A stretch of 64,000 bases of DNA from Candidatus Latescibacterota bacterium (lineage in GTDB: Bacteria; Latescibacterota; UBA2968; GCA-2709665): positions 2,624,001-2,688,000 of the forward strand of contig CBDCOX010000002.1 of the NCBI GenBank assembly GCA_965219995.1, in the 5' to 3' direction. This document shows positions 35,716 to 45,968 of the stretch, in pieces. How positions within the stretch are numbered: position 1 is the first letter of the stretch; each line of letters begins with the position of its first letter. The translations under genes and the position numbers were made by a program. The notes beneath the pieces were generated by a model that searched no databases, was not told the origin of the DNA, and was given only the letters and a program-made list of their open reading frames with translations.

Positions 35716-36552
35716 CTACGCCCAGACGTAAATCTCGCCATCGTCTTCGGAGTAGCCGATGAAAACGGCCAGGACAATCCTGGGATCGCTTCCCTCGACC
35801 GCGGGGACTTCGTGGATGCAGCGGGTGTTGAAGAAGTACAGGTCGCCCTGTTCGAGGTCGACCCGGCAGCGCTCGACGTTGTTCAGCCTGGCGTATTCGT
35901 GAAAGGCGTTTGCGGCAATATGGACTTCAACGTCCTCCGTCCACAGGCACCGGTGCAGGATGGCCTGGGTGGCCGGCCCGGCCTGTTCCGCGTTCTGAAA
36001 GCACAGCACACCCGCAAACTGGTGTTCGAACCGGGAGACCTCGTAATTGAAACGTTTCTCACGAAGCGAGACGTGGTCGATGTGCGGCTGGTAGGTGTGA
36101 TGGGTGTAGTGGACGCGGAAGATGGCGGGACCGTAGCGGCGGCCGTCGGGTTCGCGCGCCGTCATCACCCGCTTGCCGCCGGCAAGCGCGGCGAGGCTGT
36201 TGTAGATGACGTCCACCGGATTGTCGAAACCGTCGAAGAGGCGTTCGAACAGGTCGTGGGTCTGCACGGCGTGTTCGAAGAACCCCTCCTGGTCGCCGCC
36301 CCTGTTCCCAAGACTGGTACCGATGTCGATACGGGTGCGTGTATCGCCGGACGCGGTGTCCTCAGGATCCCGCATCAGGCCTCTGTCGACAAACCGGCGG
36401 ATCAGGCCGGCGCAGTGGTCCGGACTGTATGCCCGCTTCAGAAGGATGGCAGGGATCTCCGCCGTTGACAGGGCACGGAGCGGGTTCGCGTATCGGGATG
36501 CGACGGACTCGAGGTCCGAGCCCACGGGCAACCAGGAATCGGCGGCGGGCAT
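35716..36552 (-). CDS. 2OG-Fe(II) oxygenase-like protein
   Basis: HxD (PHIDH), GDLYFFN..IHEV and a downstream Arg (RIVL). Confidence 0.65.
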   Translation of the reverse strand: MPAADSWLPVGSDLESVASRYANPLRALSTAEIPAILLKRAYSPDHCAGLIRRFVDRGLMRDPEDTASGDTRTRIDIGTSLGNRGGDQEGFFEHAVQTHDLFERLFDGFDNPVDVIYNSLAALAGGKRVMTAREPDGRRYGPAIFRVHYTHHTYQPHIDHVSLREKRFNYEVSRFEHQFAGVLCFQNAEQAGPATQAILHRCLWTEDVEVHIAANAFHEYARLNNVERCRVDLEQGDLYFFNTRCIHEVPAVEGSDPRIVLAVFIGYSEDDGEIYVWA

Positions 36553-36568
36553 CGTAGATTCCTTTCCC

Positions 36569-37063
36569 TCAGGCGAGATCCTTGAATTCGATGTGCACGT
36601 GCTCCCGGTGCCCGGTAAGCTGCCGGTACTCGACGCCGGCGCTGTCGAACATGCGTCTGGATGCCCGGACCGGATCGGTCTCTGCGTATTTGTCCGCGAG
36701 GTAGATGACTTCCCGAATGCCGGACTGAATGATGACTTTGGCGCATTCGTTGCAGGGAAAGTGGGTGACGTAGATCGTGCAGTTGTACAGGTTGGTGTCG
36801 ATCTTGTTCAGGATCGCGTTGAGTTCGGCGTGGCAGATGTACGGGTACTTGGTATTGAGAAAGTCGCCCTCTCTCGCCCACGGATACTCGTCGTCCGAAC
36901 AGCCGAGGGGCAGGCCGTTGTAGCCGATTCCGACGATTTTCTTCTTTTCGTTGATGATACAGGCGCCCACACGGGTGTTGGGGTCCTTGCTCCGGAGCGC
37001 GGAAAGCAGCGCAACGCCCATGAAATATTCGTCCCAGGACAGATAATCTTCGCGTTTGTTCAT
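36569..37063 (-). CDS. dCMP deaminase (ComEB family)
   Basis: WDEYFM, RSKDPNTRVGA, HAELNAI and PCNEC. Confidence 0.93.
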   Translation of the reverse strand: MNKREDYLSWDEYFMGVALLSALRSKDPNTRVGACIINEKKKIVGIGYNGLPLGCSDDEYPWAREGDFLNTKYPYICHAELNAILNKIDTNLYNCTIYVTHFPCNECAKVIIQSGIREVIYLADKYAETDPVRASRRMFDSAGVEYRQLTGHREHVHIEFKDLA

Positions 37064-37301
37064 CTACGTTATCCGTGGTGCATCAACGCACCAGGTATGG
37101 ATGCCTGCCGCCGGCGCCGGCGTACGGGGGATGACAGAAACCGGGCCGGCCCTCGCGGCTCCCCGCGAACCGCCGTAATATGCTTCGCGTATATACGGAT
37201 TGCAACCGTTTCTTTGTCCGCGAAGCACAGATAGCGCCTTCGAGCCGGCGCCTGGTTCCGTTCGGTTCGGACCGACGGATGAGGAGCACGCGGAAGGACA
37301 C

Positions 37302-37333
37302 AAAAAAGCGAGGCGCGAAGAATCGCGCCTCGC
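37302..37333 (-). terminator. Intrinsic terminator downstream of the TonB receptor gene
   Basis: GCGAGGCGCGA-TTCT-TCGCGCCTCGC followed by TTTTTT on the minus strand. Confidence 0.8.
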
Positions 37334-37494
37334 AACGGACCTGCGGCCACCACCGGGCAGAGACCGACCGGTACGCAGATTCCGATATTCAATTGTCCGT
37401 AAGCACGGGAGACGTTCCGACAACGGATCTCCCGTGGAATGCGCCGCCTCCGCACCAATCGCCGACGGGATAGACGTCAGCGGCGGGAAATCCG

Positions 37495-40400
37495 TCAACG
37501 CCCGAGGCGATAGGCAACGGCCAGCTTCACCCGCCGGCCCTTCGGATCGTGGGTAAAGCCGTCGTAGGCCTGCTCGATGTTTACGAGCGGAGGCCTCTTG
37601 TCCAGCAGATTCATCCCGGAAAGCGCGATATTTATGCCGTTGGGCATATTCCACAGGAACGTCGCGTCCCATGTCAGATAAGATTCGATGGTACCGAATA
37701 TACTCTTGATCGTCGAATTGTCCGAACCCGCCGAACCGCGGTCCTCGTAGGATGAGATATAGTTCAGATAGCTCGCGATACTGTAGTCCTGCCAGTAATA
37801 GCCCGCCGAGATCCGACCCTTGAACTTGGGAAGGGACGTCGCGATGGGATTGCCGAAATTCAGGTAGCCGGCGGCATCCGCGCCTTCCTGGAGGGTCAGG
37901 CCGCCCAGCATCAGGGCCTTTGTCTCGTACTCCAGCGTATAGGTGCCTTCCAGGCCGGCGGTAAACAGACCCGCTCCCTGCGGCAGCCGCGTACCCAGAT
38001 GCAGGTCGATTCCCGAGGTCTTGAGTCCAGGCCAGTTGACGATATCGACCTGCACCCGCTCGAGTTCCGAGGCCGCGCACGTGCCGGTACCGATCCCGTC
38101 CGGACACACGATGAACTGCTTGAGCGCGCCCTTGTTCGCTTCGTCCGCGTACAGGGCGGTGATGGCGCCGTGGGGCATCGAACCGATGACGTCGCTGAAA
38201 TCGTAGCTCCAGTAGTCCAACGTCGCTTCGAACCCCTTTTCGGTGACGAGCGCCAGCCCCGCGTTAAACGTAAATGCCCGTTCGGGTTTGAGGTCCTTGC
38301 TTCCGATTCGATCCACCGTCTGATACGCGCCCGTCTCGTTGATCCACTCCAGCGTGGAAAGCGGGCTTTCATTGACATCGTCCAGCGATGGCGTGCGGAA
38401 CGTCGTCTGCACGGAGCCGCGCAGGAACACGGACTGGTCCGGTGATTCCGTCAGCTGATAGCGCCACCCGAACTTGGGATCGAAACTGCTCGCCACGTCG
38501 TGGAACTCATAGTTGGCGGCGAGTTGCACGTCGAACCGCTCGCCAAGGCTCAGCGGCGTCTCGGCGAACAAACGATGCACCGTCTGTGATTCATCGTAGG
38601 GCCGGTGCACGTTGGTAAACGCGTAGGGACCGAACCGATCCTCCGCGGAGCAGTTCCGGTCGCCCACGACCGGACAGGGGTTGATCGTGACGTCGCCCTC
38701 GTCATTCGGGTCCCCGCTGGCGTTGAACAGACGGAACTGGTAACCGGCCGCGTAACTGGCCACGTCCTTAATCCAGGATCCGGTCAACGTCGCGTCGGCC
38801 ACCAGCATGTCGGCGCTGCTTTGCATATCGACTTCCTGGTTCAGCCACTGCCGGAGTTCGGCGCTGTTGGCCAGCGCGGCGCGGTAATCGGGATTGGCGC
38901 GGGATGCGAATGCCGAACCGTGCTGATCCGCGTACTCGATGGCGTTGCCGAAGGGATTGTAATACTGGCATTCGCCCTGGCCTGCCACCTGGCCGCTGAG
39001 CGGGCCGAGCCGCATCCCGGCAAGAGACGACCGGTCCGCCACCACGTCAACCCCGCAGCGCGGCCCCCCGAAGCCCCGGAAGCCGAGGAAAAGTCGCTCG
39101 ATGTACACACCCGGCAGATTGTAGTTGCCTTCGGTGCGGGAGTACGACATACCCAGGTCGAATTGATTCTCCCGATCGCCGAATGCCGTGAAGTCGCCAT
39201 TCAGGGAAGCCGCCATGCGCCACGTGCGGGCGTCCCGGTCCAGTATGCGCCCCGGGCCCGAGTTTCCGAACGGACGACCGTTGAAATACCAGTTCTCACC
39301 TCCCTGGCATGCCTCGTAGTAGGGATCGTTCGGGTCGGCGCCGTAGTCGTCGCAGAACGCGCCTCTGCCGGGGTGTTCGGGCGCAACCTCCATGATGCTC
39401 GTGTCCGTGAGGGGAAACGGCGGATACGAAGGCGTCGTGTACCATTCGGGGATCTTGGCCTGCGCCCAAAGCGCCTCCACGTGATACTCCGCGCCGTTGT
39501 CCAGCGTCCCGTTGATCTCGGCGAACGCCCGGGTATGGTTCATGTCTTCAATGAGATTCTCATACTGCTGATAACGGAAGCGACAGGTCCAGGACTCCCG
39601 GAAGCCGCCGAATTCCTCGCAGCGCGGGGCGTGGATGGCCGCGGTCCATGGGGCCGGGGCGCCGATGGCGAACGTGCCGGGATTCCCCAGGCTCGACCAC
39701 CCCAGCCGCTGCCCGCCGCCGTGCCACGGCTGCAACAGGTAGTCCCTTTCCCAGGACGGCAATGCCTGGCGTCCCCTCCACTCGGCGGAAACAACCGCGT
39801 GGGCCTCTCCGAGTTTACCGCCCCAGATCGCGCCGGCATTGGTATCGCCGGCGCCCGGGAAGTACTCGTGCGCCGCCGAGACTTCGAACCCTTCGAAATT
39901 TCCGCGCGTGAGGAAATTGGCCACGCCGCCCACCGCGTCCGACCCGTAAATGGCGGAAGCTCCTTCCTTCAGCACTTCGACCCGCTCAATGGCAATCGAG
40001 GGAATCACGTTGACGTCGACGAAGCGACCCCCGATCAGACGCGCGGGGACGTAGGTCTGGCGCCGGCTGTTGATGAGCACCAGGGTGCGCGACGCCCCCA
40101 GGCCCCGCAGGTTGACGTTCGCGATGCTTTCGGTGAGCGTGGCGGCCTGACCTGAATTGTACCAGCTGCTGCGTTCCCCGATCACGCCGTGGCTCGCGCC
40201 CAGGTTTTTGAAGAAATCCACGGCCTGCGGCGACCCCTGCTCCGCCATCTCCTCGCGTCCGACCGCCACAACCGCGTACGTCTGGTTGATGGGAGATTCC
40301 TTGAAGGCCGTGCCTGTCACCACGAGTTCGTCCATGAAGAGCAGGGACAACTCCAACCTCAACGCGACGGTGAGGGTCGCGCCCCCGGTAACGGTGATCG

Positions 40401-40671
40401 CGCGGGGTTCGCCCTTGTAGCCGATGAGTTGCACGCTCAGTTGGTGGGTGCCGGCCGGTACGTCCCGGATGGTAAAGCGTCCTGCCGCGTCCGTCACCTC
40501 GACCACGTTCAAGGCCGCTATGGACACGTTCGCGCCCTCCAGCGGGTCCCCGCTTTCACCGTCGACCACGGTACCGGTAACGGTACCGGTCGACTGCGCC
40601 GCCACCCAGTGCGCGGAAAGAAGAATGGCCGCGCAGACCAGAATCGACAGAAACATCACTTTGTACTTCAT
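37495..40671 (-). CDS. TonB-dependent receptor with N-terminal carboxypeptidase-regulatory-like domain
   Basis: RBS GGAGG before MKYKVMF signal peptide; DELVVTG TonB box; plug NLRGLGASRTLVLIN...IERVEVLKEGASAIYGSDAVGGV. Confidence 0.9.
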   Translation of the reverse strand: MKYKVMFLSILVCAAILLSAHWVAAQSTGTVTGTVVDGESGDPLEGANVSIAALNVVEVTDAAGRFTIRDVPAGTHQLSVQLIGYKGEPRAITVTGGATLTVALRLELSLLFMDELVVTGTAFKESPINQTYAVVAVGREEMAEQGSPQAVDFFKNLGASHGVIGERSSWYNSGQAATLTESIANVNLRGLGASRTLVLINSRRQTYVPARLIGGRFVDVNVIPSIAIERVEVLKEGASAIYGSDAVGGVANFLTRGNFEGFEVSAAHEYFPGAGDTNAGAIWGGKLGEAHAVVSAEWRGRQALPSWERDYLLQPWHGGGQRLGWSSLGNPGTFAIGAPAPWTAAIHAPRCEEFGGFRESWTCRFRYQQYENLIEDMNHTRAFAEINGTLDNGAEYHVEALWAQAKIPEWYTTPSYPPFPLTDTSIMEVAPEHPGRGAFCDDYGADPNDPYYEACQGGENWYFNGRPFGNSGPGRILDRDARTWRMAASLNGDFTAFGDRENQFDLGMSYSRTEGNYNLPGVYIERLFLGFRGFGGPRCGVDVVADRSSLAGMRLGPLSGQVAGQGECQYYNPFGNAIEYADQHGSAFASRANPDYRAALANSAELRQWLNQEVDMQSSADMLVADATLTGSWIKDVASYAAGYQFRLFNASGDPNDEGDVTINPCPVVGDRNCSAEDRFGPYAFTNVHRPYDESQTVHRLFAETPLSLGERFDVQLAANYEFHDVASSFDPKFGWRYQLTESPDQSVFLRGSVQTTFRTPSLDDVNESPLSTLEWINETGAYQTVDRIGSKDLKPERAFTFNAGLALVTEKGFEATLDYWSYDFSDVIGSMPHGAITALYADEANKGALKQFIVCPDGIGTGTCAASELERVQVDIVNWPGLKTSGIDLHLGTRLPQGAGLFTAGLEGTYTLEYETKALMLGGLTLQEGADAAGYLNFGNPIATSLPKFKGRISAGYYWQDYSIASYLNYISSYEDRGSAGSDNSTIKSIFGTIESYLTWDATFLWNMPNGINIALSGMNLLDKRPPLVNIEQAYDGFTHDPKGRRVKLAVAYRLGR

Positions 40672-40769
40672 GGCGCCTCCTCGCCTCATTCTGTAAGGCT
40701 TGCCGAAAGGCCGGTGCGCATGCCCGGCCGCGGGTACGGGTTCGACACCCGCACCGTGTGTGATTTGAC

Positions 40770-42326
40770 TCAGGTCGCTTCCTGCGTTTCCCCGCGCAGC
40801 CCTCGCCAGACGCAGAACGCCATACCCAACAGCACGATGGTGAACGGCAGGCCGGTCGCCAGCGAGGCGGCCTGCAGGGCCTCCAACCCTCCGCCAAGCA
40901 GGAGCGCGATCGCCACCAGACCCTCGATCGTGCACCAGAAGACACGCTGCGCCACCGGAGCGTCAACCCTGCCTCCGGCGGCAATCGTGTCGATGATCAG
41001 CGACCCGGAATCCGACGACGTCACAAAAAAGACAATCGTCAGTAGCACCGCGACACACGAAAGCAGTGCCGACGCGGGGAGTTTGTCGAGCATCTTGAAC
41101 AGTGCGATCTCAAGCTTCCATGCGTCAATATTGCCGGTAACCCCGGTGTAGCCCTCCACGATGTGCTGGTGGAACGCGGTGCCGCCGAAGGCGCCGAACC
41201 ACAGCAGGCACAACAGTGTGGGCATCAGCAGCACGAAGACGACGAACTGGCGAACCGTGCGCCCCTTCGAGATACGGGCGATAAACGTCCCCACGAAAGG
41301 CGCCCAGGCGAACCACCAGGCCCAGTAGAAGGTGGTCCAGTCTCGAACGAATCCGGTATCCTCGCGCCCGATCCAGTTGCTGAGAGGACCGATCTTCGCC
41401 AGGTATCCGCCAAATCCCTGTGCAACGCAGCCGAGCGCATATGCCGTGGGACCGAGCGCGATCACGGCGAGCAACAGGACCAGCGCGAGGATAACGTTGA
41501 ACTGGCTGAGGCGTTTGATGCCTACGTCGATACCCGTCAGCACCGAGGTCAGGGCAATGGCGGTAATCGCCACGATGATCATCACCATCATGGCGCCGCT
41601 CACGGGAATTCCGAATAGATAGTTGAAGCCGGACGCGACCTGCTGAACCCCGAGGCCGAGGGAGGTGGCAAGACCGAACAGGCCCGCGAAAATGGCAAAC
41701 GTGTCGATGACGTGGCCCGGCCATCCCCAGATCCGGTCGCCGATCAGGGGATGGAACGCGGATCGGATCGTGAGCGGCAGTCCGCGGTTGTACGCGAAGT
41801 ACCCGAGCGCGAGTCCCACAACGCCGTAGATCGCCCAGCCGTGCAGACCCCAGTGAAACGTGGTTGCCGCGATGCCGGAAACGGCGGCCGCTTCCGTTCC
41901 GGGCGCGATGCCCAGCGGCGGGTTCCTGAAGTAATAGACCGGCTCCGCCACTCCGAAAAAAAGAAGACCGATGCCCACGCCGGCGGCAAAGAGCATGGCA
42001 AGCCAGGTCGCGTTGGAGTATTCCGGTCTCGCGTCCGCGCCTCCAAGGCGGACGCGTCCCAACGGCGATACAGCGATGTAAAGGCAGAAGAGCACCACGA
42101 GATTGGCGGCGCTCATAAAGAACCAGTCGAGATTCGTGGTCAGCCACAGCCGCGCTTCTTTGAAGACGACCGTCGCGGCTTCCTGAAAAACGAGCGTCCC
42201 CAGGACAAATACAACGATCGTAACGCTGGAAATCACGAATACCGGCGTCAGATAGATTTCAAGGCCGAACAGCCTGCGGTGCTCCCCGGCGTCTTCCGAC
42301 GGCTGTGGTTTTCCCTCAACGGACAT
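40770..42326 (-). CDS. BCCT (betaine/carnitine/choline) family transporter
   Basis: WLAMLFAAGVGIG, FHWGLHGWAIY, WTTFYWAWW and TSSDSGS. Confidence 0.93.
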   Translation of the reverse strand: MSVEGKPQPSEDAGEHRRLFGLEIYLTPVFVISSVTIVVFVLGTLVFQEAATVVFKEARLWLTTNLDWFFMSAANLVVLFCLYIAVSPLGRVRLGGADARPEYSNATWLAMLFAAGVGIGLLFFGVAEPVYYFRNPPLGIAPGTEAAAVSGIAATTFHWGLHGWAIYGVVGLALGYFAYNRGLPLTIRSAFHPLIGDRIWGWPGHVIDTFAIFAGLFGLATSLGLGVQQVASGFNYLFGIPVSGAMMVMIIVAITAIALTSVLTGIDVGIKRLSQFNVILALVLLLAVIALGPTAYALGCVAQGFGGYLAKIGPLSNWIGREDTGFVRDWTTFYWAWWFAWAPFVGTFIARISKGRTVRQFVVFVLLMPTLLCLLWFGAFGGTAFHQHIVEGYTGVTGNIDAWKLEIALFKMLDKLPASALLSCVAVLLTIVFFVTSSDSGSLIIDTIAAGGRVDAPVAQRVFWCTIEGLVAIALLLGGGLEALQAASLATGLPFTIVLLGMAFCVWRGLRGETQEAT

Positions 42327-42595
42327 TCTGCAGTTTCCATGTGCTTTCATACAGGGCGGCAATGAGCCGGGAGGCACACGCCGTAAAGAATCTCGTCAAA
42401 CGGGCGCCACACCGTTCATCCATAATAATAATGTAAGCCATTACCGGTTTACGGCAAGCCGATTCGACCAGATACTTCCCGTTCCGGCGGTCGTTCAGCC
42501 GGTTCACCGCCCCTGACCTCCACCAGTTTGCCGACCGCTGTGTGATCGGGCCCTCACCGGCGTTTGCGGATATCATAGAAGAACAGGCATTGCGA

Positions 42596-43912
42596 TCAGG
42601 CTTCCCGGGTTTCTCCGGCGCGTATCAGCGCCTGTTTCATCGCGATCGGGCCGATCATCTGATTGACGGCGATAATGGCGACGATCACGGTCACGAAAGC
42701 GTCGCCCCATCCCGGAAAGCGCCGGCTGACCTCCAGCGCCAGGCCCAGGCTCACTCCGGCCTGTGTGAGGTACGTCAGGCCCGCGAGACGGTTAAAGCGC
42801 GGCGGGTCGCCTCCGAGGCGGCCTCCGGCGTACGCGCTCAGGTAGATGGACCCGGTTCTCACGCCCACGATCAGAATCGCGATGGTCCACGTCTGCATCA
42901 GGGCCTCCAGGTTCAGGCCCGCTCCGGCCAGCGTGAAGAACAGCACGTACACGGGCAGGCTGACGGACTCGATCGCTTCGATGAAGCGGGAACCCTGGCG
43001 GGAGACGTTCTGCACGGTGAAGCCTGCGGTAACGCAAATCAGCAGGGGTTCCAGGTGAATGCTGAAGCCGTATGCCTCTTTGAGGTACGCGGCGAAACCG
43101 TGCGAGATGCTGGTCACCAGAAGGGCCGTGCCCAGCAGCAGAAGCGGAAGGTTCGCCCGGACCCGGTCGATATAGAATCCCAGCGCCAGCCCCACGACCA
43201 GACCCGCGCCGATACCCAGGAGGACTTCGACGCTCAGTGCAGCGACGAATCCCGGGTCCAGGGCGGCGGCGGGAGACATCGCGACCTCGCAGAAGGAAAC
43301 CGCGGCGCCGAACAGCACGATCACCAGGACGTCCAGCGCCACGGTGACGCCCAGCGCGGTTTCCGTGAACGGACCCATCGCCCGCGTTTCGTTGATAATG
43401 GCGATCGCGCTGGAAGGCGACCGCGCAACAGCCAGCACGCCGAAAAGCATGCCGACGGTGAGCACCTGAAAACTGGAGAAGGAGGCCGTGAAAGGAAGCA
43501 GGGGTGCGGCAAGGAACACGAAGACGGTGACGATGATGAAGACAACGGTGGTCTGGGAGAGAATCGAAAGAAAAATGACGTTCATCCGCTCCCTGAGTTC
43601 GGCAACCCGCAATTCACCCCCTGCAGCCAGTGCGATAAATGTCACCGCCAGTTCATTCAGAAAGCCGAGTTGGCCGAGGGCTTCTCGCGTGAGGAAGCCC
43701 AGCAGGTACGGCCCCGTGAGCATTCCCACGCAGAGGTATCCCGTGATCCGCGGCAGGCGCAGCCTGGAGAGGAAATGGCCCGCCAGGTAGCCTGAAAGCA
43801 GGAGCAGACCCACAACCAGGGTGGTATATGCGCCCGGCGCGACTCCCGGAGGAGTCGCGCCGGCCCAGGCCATGAGCAGACTCAGCGCGATAAAGACGAG
43901 AATCAGCCTCAT
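42596..43912 (-). CDS. Cation:proton antiporter (Na+/H+ exchanger family), subunit 2
   Basis: LPRITGYLCVGMLTGP, ALDV, FFTLAGAGL and TQAGVSLGL; many TM segments. Confidence 0.85.
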   Translation of the reverse strand: MRLILVFIALSLLMAWAGATPPGVAPGAYTTLVVGLLLLSGYLAGHFLSRLRLPRITGYLCVGMLTGPYLLGFLTREALGQLGFLNELAVTFIALAAGGELRVAELRERMNVIFLSILSQTTVVFIIVTVFVFLAAPLLPFTASFSSFQVLTVGMLFGVLAVARSPSSAIAIINETRAMGPFTETALGVTVALDVLVIVLFGAAVSFCEVAMSPAAALDPGFVAALSVEVLLGIGAGLVVGLALGFYIDRVRANLPLLLLGTALLVTSISHGFAAYLKEAYGFSIHLEPLLICVTAGFTVQNVSRQGSRFIEAIESVSLPVYVLFFTLAGAGLNLEALMQTWTIAILIVGVRTGSIYLSAYAGGRLGGDPPRFNRLAGLTYLTQAGVSLGLALEVSRRFPGWGDAFVTVIVAIIAVNQMIGPIAMKQALIRAGETREA

Positions 43913-45096
43913 GGGACGTTTCCCAGCAGGCGTCGCGTGGAGGCAGGAGCGATGAGTTCGCTGAGGATGATGCCCGGCAGCACGACGGAAATCACGGCGT
44001 CCGTCAGTTCGGAGCGGTGGATCTGGTGCAGGTTGACCACGATGGCCACGGCCATGCCCCCGTGAGAAAGCAGCCCGAGGCCCAATTTGCTCAGCGCTCG
44101 TGATTCCGGCAGAAACATGCGAACGGAGACGAACCCGCCAGCGGTCTTGCCGAGGGACCGGACGAGGACATAGACGGGCACGAGCGCCAGGATCCAGACC
44201 GACTCAATTCGCCATCCTGCGCCCACGAGGATCAGAAAGATGATGTAGATGGAGTGTTCTCCCCTCAGCAGTACGCTGCGAATACCCGCTCTGGCGCGAC
44301 CTCTCGCCAGGTTTGCGACAATCACGCCCGCGATAAGATTGACGAGCAGCGGAGACAGGCTGAGATACAGCGCAAGGCCACCGGAAAACGTAATGGCGCC
44401 GATCACGACCAGCAGCATCTCGTCATCCCTGAGGCGGTAGGTGGTGAGGGCGACGACCAGCAGACCGACGGTAAGGCCGAGCCCTGAGGAGACACCGATC
44501 CAGAGAAGCGTGGATGCGCCCGCGTGCAGAACGGCCAGGCAGGAAATGAGGCCGAAGGCGGTGAGACCGACGACGTCGTCGATATTGGACACGTTCGTGA
44601 GAAGCCGCATCAGGGGCCGCGCGCGAGACGGGGTGTCTCGTGCGAACAGCGTCAGACCGCTGGAAGCCGTGCCGGATGCCGCGGCGGCCAGTGTGACGGC
44701 GGCGATGACCAGGAGGTCCGTCTCGTACGAAAAAAAACGGCTGAACAGCAGAAAGAAGGGTGCGGCGACAACAAAGATGGTGATTATGCTCTGGACAAGC
44801 GCGACGCCGAAGACTCTCGGGGGAATGTGGCTCAGTCGTCGAAACTCCCACTGAACGCCGAAGAGCATGCCGATCCACGAGAGACCCATGCCCAGGAACG
44901 GATAGAGACCGTCGAGGGTCTTCGTGTCGAGCAGATCGAGTACGGCCCCGCCGAGAATAAAGCCGACCAGGACGAATTCGATACCGGTGAGGAAGAGATT
45001 CCGGACGCCGAGGGGCAGGCGGATATGGACGAAACTGAGGCGGGAACCGACGAATGCGATGGCGACGATCAGAACGGCGGCGAAAACCAGTTTCAT
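43909..45096 (-). CDS. Cation:proton antiporter-like protein, subunit 1
   Basis: Polytopic membrane protein with NIDD and GLGLLSHGGMAV; overlaps both neighbours by 4 bp. Confidence 0.75.
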   Translation of the reverse strand: MKLVFAAVLIVAIAFVGSRLSFVHIRLPLGVRNLFLTGIEFVLVGFILGGAVLDLLDTKTLDGLYPFLGMGLSWIGMLFGVQWEFRRLSHIPPRVFGVALVQSIITIFVVAAPFFLLFSRFFSYETDLLVIAAVTLAAAASGTASSGLTLFARDTPSRARPLMRLLTNVSNIDDVVGLTAFGLISCLAVLHAGASTLLWIGVSSGLGLTVGLLVVALTTYRLRDDEMLLVVIGAITFSGGLALYLSLSPLLVNLIAGVIVANLARGRARAGIRSVLLRGEHSIYIIFLILVGAGWRIESVWILALVPVYVLVRSLGKTAGGFVSVRMFLPESRALSKLGLGLLSHGGMAVAIVVNLHQIHRSELTDAVISVVLPGIILSELIAPASTRRLLGNVP

Positions 45097-45428
45097 GGAG
45101 GTTCTCGACTTTCAGGACCCAGGCAGAAATCGACAGGCAACAGAAAGAGCCTCCCGACGCCTGGCTGCTTGAAATCGACGCCGGTTTCTCTGAAAAGCCG
45201 GACGAGCGGCTCGAGCAGGGCGCGATCATCGAGGGGCGCCGCGATGGCGCTGGACCGGCCGGGCCCGGCCGGCAGCAGACCCGCGAAAATGGGCACTTCC
45301 TCGGCGAGGATTCGCTCCATGGCGGTTCCGTCAAGAACCGTCGCGCCCGTGATTTCCATTTCCACGAGACCGGAGAGGACCTCGTCGAGGAGGTCCTCGC
45401 GATAGAGTGTGATAAAGAGCAGATGCAT
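45093..45428 (-). CDS. PII-like small regulatory protein
   Basis: LDEVLSGLVEMEITGATVLDGTAM...PIFAGL...PGVGRLFLLPV follows the GlnB-like superfamily pattern. Confidence 0.7.
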   Translation of the reverse strand: MHLLFITLYREDLLDEVLSGLVEMEITGATVLDGTAMERILAEEVPIFAGLLPAGPGRSSAIAAPLDDRALLEPLVRLFRETGVDFKQPGVGRLFLLPVDFCLGPESREPP

Positions 45429-45493
45429 GGCAAAAATAGTCGGCCCGCAAGGGGGTCCGGCCGGACCTCGAACGGGACCCGGTGTCCCGGCCC

Positions 45494-45952
45494 TTAAAAC
45501 GGCTCCTGTGCGCGGATGATTTCCATAATCTCTTCGGGCGAAGCGGCCCTGAGAACCTGCCGCCGGATCCCCTCGCGGTCGAAAATGCGGGCGGTACGGC
45601 TCAGAACGCTCATGTAGGCCGGCATCGACGCTTCGGACGAAAGGATCAGGAAGATCAGGTGTACGGGTTGCCCGTCCAGGCTGCGGAAGTCGATGCCGTC
45701 CCGGGATATTCCCAGACCCACAACGACGCCCTTTATGTCGTCCGACCGGGCGTGCGGTATCGCCACGTCCTGGTCCACGCCGCTGGTTTTGATGGCCTCC
45801 TGTTCAAGGATCAGGCCAAGCAGGGCGTCGGGATCGGGCAGGTCCACCGATCGGCCGATCATTTCGATCAACTCGCGGATGGCGCCGTTCCGATCGGGAC
45901 TGGTCAGATTGAGTTCGATACGGTCGCTGGCCAATGCGTCGCAGAGTCTCAT
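45494..45952 (-). CDS. PTS EIIA (fructose/mannitol/Ntr-type) domain protein
   Basis: VAIPHAR phospho-His motif; GIDFRSLDGQPVHLIFL. Confidence 0.88.
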   Translation of the reverse strand: MRLCDALASDRIELNLTSPDRNGAIRELIEMIGRSVDLPDPDALLGLILEQEAIKTSGVDQDVAIPHARSDDIKGVVVGLGISRDGIDFRSLDGQPVHLIFLILSSEASMPAYMSVLSRTARIFDREGIRRQVLRAASPEEIMEIIRAQEPF

Positions 45953-45968
45953 GGCGCTGATTTCCGGC

